A stretch of DNA of 64,000 nt from Paraspadella gotoi. Lineage: Eukaryota > Animalia > Chaetognatha. The notes under the pieces are model-generated. The model made no database searches. It saw nothing but the letters and a program-made list of their open reading frames with translations, and was not told the DNA's origin. The stretch covers positions 19,342,656 to 19,406,655 of the forward strand of contig CM119263.1 in assembly GCA_051294375.1 (NCBI GenBank). The letters are read 5' to 3'. The translations under genes and the position numbers were made by a program. Below are positions 53,671-64,000 of the stretch, one piece after another (positions within the stretch are counted from its first letter, which is position 1; the number at the start of each line of letters is the position of its first letter).

Positions 53671-54764
53671 TTTTGTTTCTGTAAAAACTTAAGAAAAAAA
53701 CATCAGAAACGTGAAAGGAAGTTAGATGAACTACAAAATTTTACCGAATAATGGAAGTTAAATTCCTGTGAATTTTTTTTTCGCTGAATTCTGAGAATTA
53801 CGGAATAGAAAACTTGTTCCTCTCTTCGCTGTTCTTAGTCTTACTACTGAAATAAATGATCTTTCAATGAGCGACCTCTCTCAGCCTTTACTTTAAAGTT
53901 CGCAAACTAAAAAACAAAACCATTTTTTTTCTCGTACTTGAGTCACTAATATCTCAGCTTATTTAAGTTTCCAAAAATTGCGCAACTAATAAGAAAGATT
54001 CCGTCAGAGCCCGCCGGAATATAAATGGACCTGATCATTGTTTATATCTCTTTGACTCTTTATCTCCAGTAAAACAAAAGATAACTTTTGCCGGTCATAA
54101 CTTGTGGCTGTAGTGAGCTCGGCGTTTTCGCTCGTTTGACCAACTCTTTCTGGGTCGTCGCCGCGATTGCATTCTGTGGCGGGATGTAAGATAGTGGGTA
54201 AGTTGAATGCAACAGAACCAGGTCGTATTTTATTAAGGTTTTGAGAGAGCCAATCATAGTCATTCAATCATAATTTAAAATCCTCATCTGAAACAAACTT
54301 TGAAATTAATTTACAATGGAACACACTGAAACCCGCCCCAAGAAGAAAATCGCCCTTCGTAAACCTGTAAAGATTTTTGCTATCTCAAATATTATTTGTA
54401 TAGTAAGTTTAGTAACAACCAAAATCATTTATCTATCCGAATTTTACATTGATTGGTTTTCAATTTACTTGGCAATAAGCGGAGAAAAGCAACTTTAAAA
54501 ATGGACTTTCATTGTAAAACTCAAATATTGCTTTTTTCAATCTGTTTGTTCAACTTTATGAACCTATACTTATTCCGTTGCTCAGCTTTACTCTATAACT
54601 TTGAATTCCAAGAATATTTTAAAAAATTATATAAAATTTTTTTTTTAAATGAATTATTAAATATAGGTTTAAATTTTAATTGTGTTAAGACTTTCTTTTC
54701 GTTGCATTTTTAGTTAAAGAGAAAACAAATTTTATTGGTTTAAAAAATATAATTTTTTTTCGTA

Positions 54765-54803
54765 CTGATGAAGACTCCAAAAAAATTTAAGTCGAAACAT
54801 GTC
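54765..54803 (+). ncRNA. Minimal hammerhead motif (stem I decayed)
   Basis: CTGATGA-A-GACT(ccaaaaaaattta)AGTC-GAAA-CATG-TC. Confidence 0.55.
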
Positions 54804-55680
54804 CTTTTTTTTAAATAAAAAACTAATTGTTTATAAACAGATAAACTTTTTTTTCTCGATAAATTTTATTATAATTGGTCAAGTGGTCTGAAAGATATGA
54901 TTTTTTAAACTTTTTTAAACTTAAGTTAAGTGCTCCAAATCAAGACGGGAAAATTGAATATTATTCAAAAACTTAGGAATCATTGTGTGATTGACCTATT
55001 ATTTGTTTTATGTTTTAATTACTTAAGGATCGGGGTTAATCCAGTTTCCCAGCTATCCCTTTGGATGTCCCTTGTATTTTATTTTTTATCTTTAATTTAT
55101 TAAAAAAATATATAAATATTAGAAAAAAAAGATTAATATTAAATAAATCAAATTTCTTAAAATTTAGCTTTGCAGTGGAATACTTAATTTTAAAAAAATA
55201 CTGCTCCCAAATGGATAGCCCGATTTTAATAAAATTTATACAAAACTTCATTTTTTAATAAATTTTAATTTATTTTTAAATTTAAAAAAAAATAAATATA
55301 CAGGGTTATTTTTAAAGGTTTATTTGTAGTGGCGCGGTTTTTTTTATTTATTTATTTATTTTTTTAGCACAATACTGTATATTGTAGTTTTATTGTCAAG
55401 AACGATAAATTCGGAGTGCTGCGTGCGACGCGCAAGATGACCTCTATTGTTACCCCCCCTTTTATACCTCTCTTCGAATTATTTCCTCTTCCCCCCATTT
55501 TCTCGTTTCTGCGCAAACAGAAATTAATCTAGACGCTAATTCGTTTAAGAGTCCGAGGTCAGAAAGGGCAACGGTTGGTTTTCGAACCGGGTCAGGAGAG
55601 AAGTAATTTGATTGCGGTTAAGGAGACGACGGGGGTATGAAGCAATCTTGGGCCCCATGTGTAAAGTAAAGTAAAGATTT

Positions 55681-55683
<3 letters not shown>

Positions 55684-55731
<48 letters not shown>
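55684..55731. repeat. (GA)n microsatellite
   Basis: Pure GA run. Similar tracts occur at ~42228-42260, 42408-42438, 44170-44265 and 59308-59445. Confidence 0.9.
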
Positions 55732-55735
<4 letters not shown>

Positions 55736-55998
55736 TTTTGCCACGGGGTTTTGTCTGTGGTTAGAAAAGGTAAAAAGTGATTATTGGTTATCGACTCAGT
55801 CAATTAGATCGATTTTCCCTCGACCTCATCTTTCCCTAGAGTCTAGACTCTAGAGTCTAACCTCTTCGACTCTTAGACTTTCCGCCCCACCCTGGGCGGG
55901 TCTCGCTGCGTAACATGTTTTTCGTTAAATTTCTGTTTTTTGTTGTTAAAAATAGAGTTAAAAAAAAAACATCATTGAATTGGGAACTTTAAAAAACC

Positions 55999-58724
55999 AT
56001 GGAATCTTCAGTCGACTCGTCTGTCCCGGAAAACGACTTATTTCGCGCCGCAATTTCGAGAGATTTCGAAATTTTGAAAGGAGAAATCGACTCAGCGGTC
56101 GGAGATGTCGCCGAGAGCGGCTTCGTCGATCGCTCCGTCGCTTCAAATCGCCGACACGCCGGGTGTCGGCTCATTTTCTCAGAAATGACCGATTCTCCTT
56201 CGAAGAAAAACACGTCGGCTTTAATCTCGGCGTCCGAAATGACTTCGAACGATGATAACTTTCTTTCGGAAAATAAATCACCCACGCCATCGCGAATATT
56301 GGCGACCATTTCTATGAACCCCGAGACGTGGAACTTTTCCGTCAAGATTCAGTTAACGCCGGGTTTTCCGGAAGTAGCGCCGTTGGTTGTAGTGACGCCG
56401 ACCGAGAAGCGATCGGCGCCTCGAGACGGCGAAGCTGGTGAGATAAAAACTTACTACCTATAATATGGATAATTTTATGAAATAAATAATAATGAAATAA
56501 CGTTTTATATTCTCTGGTCATTCATTCAGGCCCTGAGCCCCTCTGGAAAACTCTTCAAACCGATGTGACTGAGTTCGTCGCCGGTTTGACGACAGGTTCC
56601 AACTCGAAAGGGCTTCGCTACGATAACTTCTCGTTGTTGACGAAAGTCTTCGACTTCGTTTCGAGGAAGATCGAGTCCGCGACGCCGACAGCTGAATCTG
56701 TCGAAAAACGAGGGGCGAGAGGAAAGAAGGAAAGAAAAAAGATTAAGGAAAAGGTAATTAAGTCGTAGGAAATGACGTTTGATTGATTGATTGGTTGAAC
56801 GGAGAGAAGTAACAACTTTTACGTCGGCTGTTATTTTGTGTTGTCTTTATTACATCGCTATCTATAGGTGGAAGACGGTGAAAGTAGTCGAAGCAAAAAA
56901 CCTTCCATGAAGACATCAGCAGATGTCATTAACAGATGCATTTGGGACGAGAAAATCGACACCTCCAGGGTCAGAGAAAGAGAGAGAAGGGGGAGAGAGA
57001 ATGATTTTATTTATAATTTTATTATGAGAATTTTATTTCATATGATACAGTAGCTGTAGCATACATCAGCAACAAAATAAACCAAACAAATTAAAATAAA
57101 ATTAAGAGGTTAACGCGAAGGAAAACTATGCTACGAGATCATTTCTATATTTTCATAGAAATAAGACAACTTTATTTTTCGTTTAAAAGTTAATCGTTTC
57201 ATGAATTGTTCATGACTAATTTTGACGCTTTCCCATCTATGACAGCCAAAAAAGGAAAAATAATATGAACACCCCCACACCTCAATTTCTATGAAAAGTT
57301 TAAAAACGCTGTAAATAGTCTAGAGACTCCATTTCCACTCTGTCGCCTTTTCGCCCTTTCATTCAGTATGATCACTGAGCCGGAAGCGATGGAAACTCAT
57401 GGGAGAGAGATCAATTCTTTTATAGTTTCTTTTACTGCCTGTATTAATATAAATATCTTGCGACATTTTGAGGTTTTGTACTAGTGGGCTTCATTCATTT
57501 ATTTTTAAGCCAACGAAGCTAATTGAAGCGATGCCTAAAGGTGGCGCGAGGAAAGCTGGCGATGTTTTGAATTTCCATTCTCCTTGTAATTCTTTTGTTT
57601 TTATTCTCGCACTCATTAGGCAGTCATAGTCCGCGACGAAGGCGCCATTTTGTTGCGAGATAAGCGCGACGCCCCGTCGAGTGTAAATCCAAAGAAAATC
57701 TTTCACTTTCCGTTTTACTTTTTGAATATCCAATTTGTTTATCCGGTTTAGGTTGGAAGGGCCAGCTTCGGTTCACGCGAACTGCATCTTTTGTTTTTTT
57801 TTTTGTTTTGGTTTTTTTCTATTTTTTATTATCATTGAAACGTTTTGAAGATTTATTCGCTTTCAGAAAAGCATACCCTACAAACAAGTGGAAAGAATCT
57901 GACAGGCCCGCAGGGTGTTGTTGTTAAAAAGGAAGAACTTATTAAAGTGTGAATGAGATGAGTTGTGAGAAGAGTGAGGAAAGCAAATTTGGTCGGAAGT
58001 TGATGAAATGTGAGACCATATCTATTGTTTTCTTGGCATGAGATCGAAACTCATTTTTGGCAGCTTAAATTTTCTTCGTTTTTTAAAAGGTTCGATTTGC
58101 ATAGAGGGAAAAATTGCAGTTGAAAAGTAAACAGCTATGAAAAGGCAAACAAAATACCATCTTGTTGCGGGAAAAAAAATGTTAATGCATAAGAATGCGA
58201 CGGAAATTTGAATTGGAAAATTTTCCTTTCAATTTTTTTTTTTATGTTTATGTTTCTGTATTCTTTATTTTTTCCTATTCCTTTTTCTATTAGCCTTTTT
58301 TCTTTTATCCTTCTTTTTTTTTAATTTCCTAATTTATTTTTTTCTATCTCTTTTTACTTTTCCCTTCATCTCACTTCCTCTCTCCAACTTCCCCCACTTA
58401 AGATCACCATCGGCTACACGGATCGCTTCGCCGGTTTGGTGGAACGCCCTTTCGACGCCTTCTCATGGCCCGAGCACCTTTGCGACGCCGAGGCTGCCGA
58501 CCTCGCCATCCCGCAGCACCGCGTGGAGAGGGTGCGTCTGGATGGAGTCGTCGTGTGGGACAGAAAAGGGAGAAAGGACGACGTTTTCGGGTCCACGGGT
58601 GGGCGGAGGATCGAGGAGGTGTTGGAGGAGTTGGAGCGGAAGAAGATGGAGGAGGAGGAGCAGGAGAGGAAGGAAGAAATGGGAAGAGAAGGAAAGGCCG
58701 AAGAAGAGGGGATGAGCGATTTAG
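55999..58724 (+). CDS. RWD-like domain + MJ1316/DUF504 domain (LENG9-like), 5' part of gene
   Basis: Exons 55999-56437, 56530-56753, 56868-56969, 58403-58724. RWD-like FSVKIQLTPGFPEVAPLVVV. MJ1316 MKTSADVINRCIWD...ITIGYTDRFAGLVERPFDAFSW...AIPQHRV...VVWDRKGRKDDVFGS. It ends at a phase-1 donor with no stop. Confidence 0.85.
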
Positions 58725-59307
58725 GTGAGTTTTTGATTTTATCATTTCTGAGTTAATCATCGTTGTTGACGAATATAAATTTCATCTACATCTAAATCTG
58801 ATTTGGTTTAACATCAAGGATATTTAATATTTTTTTTCTTATTGTCAAGAGTGATGCTAGTTCAAATGAACAGAAGTCGAGAAAGAAAAAAAGGAGGCAA
58901 CGGAGAAAATTAACCGAGAAAAAAAGGAGTGAAAAAGGGAAAGTAAGTCCCTCAAAAAAAGAAAGTTAAAAAAAAAAAACTGACTGAAAAAGATGAATGA
59001 GCGAAAGAAAGAAAGATAAAATGAATGGAAAAGGGGGGAGGAGAGTAAAGAAAAGGAGTTGGAAAAGAAAAAACCGAAGACACTTAAGAGGAGCAGAAAA
59101 AGAGAAATGTAAAAGAGCGGAACAAACAACGTAATTAAAACCCAACCCCCTTCTCTACAAAAAAGTCTCGAAGAAAAAAAAAGCCCAACGAAGTCGAAGT
59201 AATATGTATTCTCGGTCGATTTGATTGGTTTGAATCTTGAAAAGCCAAAAAAAAAACCACATTTGATTAAGTTTTAATAAAGATGTTCGAGTGGGTGAGT
59301 TTTGAAT

Positions 59308-59343
<36 letters not shown>

Positions 59344-60366
59344 GAGAGAGAGAGAGAGAGAGAGAGAAGAGAAGAGAGAGAAATAGAAAGATAAGAATAG
59401 ATAGATAGATAGATGAGAGAGAAGAGAGAGAAGAGAGAGAGAAGAGATTTTGGACTACGAAGGATTGAACTCAAGAGTTTTGTCTCAAGATATGGAATAC
59501 GATGAAAAATGAAAAAATAAATTGAAATTGAAAACGGGGGGGGAAAGAAAAAGCGAAAACTGAAAAAAACAAAAAACAAGAAACAAACAGAGGTTGAAAG
59601 AGAAAAAAAAAAGGCGAACGGCGTCGCGAAAACGAGAGAAAGTCTAGAATGTTTGTCAACTTCAGTTTTTTTTTCCGTTGAGAGATTCTTTCAACTTTGG
59701 CTGTCAACGTTTTGCTTCTTCGCTACTCCATACCCCCCCCCTACCAGCCTGCTTCCGCGCCGTTTCCTTTCGAGCGTCAACAAACGTCTTTTTCGGCAAT
59801 TTGTTTTTCGCGATCGTTTTCGTCGTCTATGGTCTTAGAGACGCTTGCCTTTCGCACAGTGTATTGTATGTATTATGAGTTAAGTTTTCGTTGTCTCAAA
59901 TCAGAGAAAATGTAGTGTAGATTTACTCAAAATTCTTTTCTGATGTCTTTTATTAGGCTTTGCTTTAACGCTCGGGAATTTTTGAGTTTTTTATTTGATG
60001 GGATAGGAATACGCAATGTACATTTGAATAATAAAAAGTTTTGATACAAAACGTTACTACCGCTTCTATTGAATACTTTCAGAAAATAACATTAACTCGG
60101 GATTTTTTCTTGATAAGCTAACCGTGTCCCGCACTGTCGCCTGTAGTTTGGGAAGTCAATGACCAAAGAGGTCACTCAGTTTTAAAGAAGAAAAAAAAAT
60201 GGGAATCGGCTTTTTCGTTTAGTTATAACTTACGGAAAAAGATCACAAAATGGGAAACAAAGGGAAGTGCGTGTCGGTCTTGTTCTTACTTTCTTCTTCT
60301 CTTCTTTCTCTTCTACACGCCTGGCCTCATTATCCTTGAGAAGTGAATAAAACCCCATTAACGCCT

Positions 60367-60975
60367 CACTATATGAGCTAAGTAGGGTGGATGAAACGGA
60401 AAAATATCACAGGGCGCTCGCTAATCGAGCCAGAAACGACTACAACTATATGAAGCTTAGTAAGGGTGGATGACGGAAAATATCACAGGGCCTCGCATGA
60501 GCCAGAACGACTACACTATATGAAGCTTAGTAGGGTGGATGACGGAAAATATCACAGGGCCTCGCTAATCGAGCCAGAACGACTACACTATATGAGCTTT
60601 AGTTAGGGTGGATGACGGAAAATATCACAGGGGCCTCGCTATCCGAGCCAGAACGACTACACTATATGAGCTTAGTAGGGTGGATGACGGAAAATATCAC
60701 AGGGGCCTCGCTAATCGAGCCAGAACGACCACTATATGAGCTTAGTAGGGTGGATGAACCGGAAAAATATCACAGGGCCTCGCTATCGAGCCAGAACGAC
60801 TAACTATTATGAGCTTAGTAGGGGTGGATGAAACGGAAAATATCAGCAGGGCCTCGCTAATCGAGCCAGAGAACGATACACTATAATGAGCTTAGTAGGG
60901 TGGAAATGACGAAATATCACAAGGGTCCTCGCTATCGAGCAGAACGACTACACTATATGAGCTTAGTAAGGGTGG
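60367..60975. repeat. ~71-bp tandem repeat array (~8.5 copies, runs into a gap)
   Basis: Unit CACTATATGAGCTTAGTAGGGTGGATGACGGAAAATATCACAGGGCCTCGCTAATCGAGCCAGAACGACTA. Confidence 0.9.
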
Positions 60976-61152
60976 NNNNNNNNNNNNNNNNNNNNNNNNN
61001 TTGTTTTTTAAACTATATTAATTTAAATTAATTTAAAATCAATGATTCGTTCCAAAAGTAAAAAGAGAAATGAATTAGAAAACTATTTTTAACTATTCAA
61101 TTTGATTAAAATACTTCAATTATAATTCTCAATCTAAATTCTATTCTAACAG

Positions 61153-61218
61153 GCAACTTGGAATCCTCAACGACGCTGTCGTTCCCAAAATTCGAGATCT
61201 CTCTTCGGCCCTACTCGT
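61153..61218 (+). CDS. Probable linker/DUF4291 N-terminal exon (truncated by gap)
   Basis: Acceptor TTCTAACAG. Joined in phase 1 to 58724 it reads G-NLESSTTLSFPKFEISLRPYS, which resembles the (L/I)xLxPY lead-in of long DUF4291 proteins. Confidence 0.55.
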
Positions 61219-63493
61219 NNNNNNNNNNAACGGGGGGGGGAAGAGAAAAGAGCGAAAACTGAAAAAAACAAAAAACAAAAGAAACAACAGAGGTTGAAAG
61301 AGAAAAAAAAAAGGCGAACGGCGTCGCGAAACGAGAGAAAGTCTAGAATGTTTGTCAACTTCAGTTTTTTTTCCCGTTGAGAGATTCTTTCACTTTGGCT
61401 GTCAACGTTTTGCTTCTTCCTACTCCTCATCCCCCCCCCCTCCAGCCTGCTTCCGCGCCGTTCCTTTCGAGCGTCACAAACGTCTTTTTCGGCAATTTGT
61501 TTTTCGCGATCGTTCTCGTTGTCTATGGTCTTAGAGACGCTTGCTCTTCGCACAGTGTATTTATGTATTATGAGTTAAGTTTTCGTTGTCTCAAATCAGA
61601 GAAAAGTAGTGATTTACTCAAAATTCTTTCTGATGTCTTTTTAGGCTTTGCTTTACTGCTCGGGAATTTTTGAGTTTTTATTTGATGGGATAGGAATCGC
61701 AATGTACATAAATTGAATAATAAAAAGTTTTGATACAAAACTTACTACCGCTTCTATTGAATACTTTCAGAAATAACGTTAACTCGGGATTTTTTCTTGA
61801 TAAGCTAACCGTCGTCCCGCCACTGTCACCTGTAGTTGGGGAAGTCAATGACCAAAGAGTCACTCAGTTTTAAAGAAGAAAAAAAATGGGAATCGCTTTT
61901 CGTTTTAGTTATAACTTACGGAAAAAGATCACAAAATGGGAAACAAAGGGAAGTGCGTGTCGTCTTGTCTTCTTCTTCTTCTTCTTCTACACGCCTCGTT
62001 CATATCTTGAGAGTGAATAACCCCATTAACGCCTCTTTTTCTCGCATCCTACTCCTCGTGGCCAAAGTCTTCGCCGAGTTACGATGAAAATGAGTTCGAG
62101 CGAGAAAAGCACTTAAATTGACTTTTCTCGGAAATCCACGACGGTTATTTCGAGCGCGTCAGGGCGGAACGCGTCCTCCTTTTTTTTTTTTTTTTTTTTT
62201 GAAAACAGAAATTCGATCAAAAATAGACGGTTCTGTTTATAGAAGCGATTTATTCGTCCCATTTTATCCCGAGTCCGAAAAGGGAAGAGTAAAAAAGAGA
62301 AAAAAGATTCTCAGTCTCTCTCCCTCTCTCCTGTTCGTGGAGTCCAGAATTGAATCGTGGCCTTGACGACAGAGAAGGAGGCGTCATTGGCTTGCAACAA
62401 CGGCGTCGGTGACATTAACGACGACTTTGACGTTAAATACGAGACGTTATTTCTCGCTTCGGAAATGAAAGGTTTTTTTCTTCATTCGTCGCACGAGTGA
62501 CTGGATGCGATTGGACGACTCTTCGCGTTACTCGTTACGAATCGAGACTAAAAGCAAAGCGAGTTTGTTCAGTTTTCACTCGCTAATAGTGTCGAAGAAA
62601 ATGGAATTGGAAAGAAAGAAAGAAGGAAAGAAAGAAGTTAAAAATAGAAGTCTCCCTCGAGAGATTAAAAAAAGGTGAGACGCTTAATGTCTTTCAATAA
62701 TGATCACATTAAAAGCGAATGACCCGCGCGGGCGGGTGAGGTGGTCGGCGTCTGGGTGAGGATTGAGGAAAGGTCATGGACAGGGGCGTGGCCGTAATTG
62801 TTTTTTAAACTATATTAATTTAAATTAATTTAAAATNNNNNNNNNNNNNNNNNNNNNNNNNNNNNNNNNNNNNNNNNNNNNNNNNNNNNNNNNNNNNNNN
62901 NNNNNNNNNNNNNNNNNNNNNNNNNNNNNNNNNNNNNNNNNNNNNNNNNNNNNNNNNNNNNNNNNNNNNNNNNNNNNNNNNNNNNNNNNNNNNNNNNNNN
63001 NNNNNNNNNNNNNNNNNNNNNNNNNNNNNNNNNNNNNNNNNNNNNNNNNNNNNNNNNNNNNNNNNNNNNNNNNNNNNNNNNNNNNNNNNNNNNNNNNNNN
63101 NNNNNNNNNNNNNNNNNNNNNNNNNNNNNNNNNNNNNNNNNNNNNNNNNNNNNNNNNNNNNNNNNNNNNNNNNNNNNNNNNNNNNNGAAGAGATATTTAG
63201 ATGAAAATTATAGATTGAAGTATTTTAAATCAATTGAATAGTTAAAAATAGTTTTCTAATTCATTTCTCTTTTTACTTTTGGAAACGAATTCATTGGGGA
63301 AAAGATTTGAAGGATGTGAGTAAAAAGAGCAGTGTGGAGATTAAACGCATATTAAGAAGATTTTTTAGATTCAAAGTTGAGAGAAATGAAGAAGGGAATT
63401 TAGACATTCCTGCCCAAGATGTTGGACGTAAGTTAAGAATGGAAAAGTATCGTCGCTTCGACGAGTCAATTCGACCCCATTCCTTTGTTTCAG

Positions 63494-64000
63494 CGTTTTG
63501 GTGGTCCCGACTACAGCTTCGCTCGGATGTCGTGGATAAAGACCAACTTCCTTTGGATGATGTACCGCAGCGGTTGGGCGACCAAACGCGATCAGGAGCA
63601 TGTGCTGGCGATTCGCGTCCGGCGCCGTGGCTTCGACGAGGTGTTGCGGCTGGCGACGTCCGCGCGTCGGCAGCGAGAAGAAAACTTGAAGAAGGTGGAG
63701 GTGCGGCTGCAATGGGATCCTGATCACGACCTGTTCGGAGAAAAGTCCACGAGAAGGTGGGTATCCGAAAAAAAAAAGGTTTGGTTGGATTTATGAAAAC
63801 TTCGTGAATATTTATCCACAAGTAACAGGGTCATGCGTTGTTGTAGTCGCTAGCCATAAAATATTTATTTTTAATTAAAATCATGAGTTTTGTTGAAAAC
63901 AATTTGTCCCCTTTCCCTCTCTCGATCTTACACATTCCCAGGGCGATCCAACTCGGCCTGCGTGGCGCCGCCCTTCGCCGCTTCAACGACGACGCCATCG
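63494..64000 (+). CDS. DUF4291 domain exons (partial)
   Basis: Exons 63494-63756 and 63942->64000 read RFGGPDYSFARMSWIKTNFLWMMYRSGWATKRDQEHVLAIRVRRRGFDEVL...VRLQWDPDHDLFGEKSTRR|AIQLGLRG, the signature WIK..FLWMMYRSGW, QWDP and AIQLGL motifs. Confidence 0.9.

Larger units (their letters stand above)
59532..62035. repeat. Direct duplication 59532-60366 / 61229-62035 next to gaps
   Basis: Near-identical ~820 bp. The first copy has more indel noise. Confidence 0.85.

Noticed and set aside
54004-54480. Short minus-strand ORFs with splice-like signals upstream of MYND paralogue 2
   Set aside because: The joins tried gave early stops and no recognisable protein. They could be UTR exons or decayed sequence.
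54765-58724. Functional link between the hammerhead (makes 2',3'-cyclic phosphate ends) and the adjacent MJ1316 gene
   Set aside because: Hammerhead motifs are scattered throughout the window, so proximity is uninformative.
60367-60975. CRISPR-like array
   Set aside because: Units are contiguous with no unique spacers, there are no cas genes, and the context is eukaryotic.

Overview
This is eukaryotic DNA, very likely from an invertebrate animal, with AT-rich introns, GC-richer exons and several N-gaps. Genes reconstructed by hand from splice sites are: the 3' end of Van Gogh/Strabismus (+); an EF-hand-less calpain (-) with PGAP4/TMEM246 nested antisense in one intron; two tandem orphan membrane-protein paralogues (+); a 12-exon alpha-tubulin encoded without the C-terminal Tyr (-); ALYREF/THOC4 (-); SAS-6 (-) head-to-head with UBAP2L/lingerer (+); two tandem intronless zf-MYND paralogues (-); and a gene that appears to fuse RWD, MJ1316/DUF504 and DUF4291 domains (+, runs off the window end). 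Non-coding DNA carries at least six minimal type I hammerhead ribozyme motifs of the Penelope-like-element type, often as inverted pairs. It also has several MITE-like elements, a TSD-flanked retro-insertion tail and a 71-bp tandem array. The regions at about 30-35 kb and 59.5-63.2 kb contain duplicated, error-rich sequence next to gaps and look partly mis-assembled. All family assignments come from motif recognition; no database searches were run.
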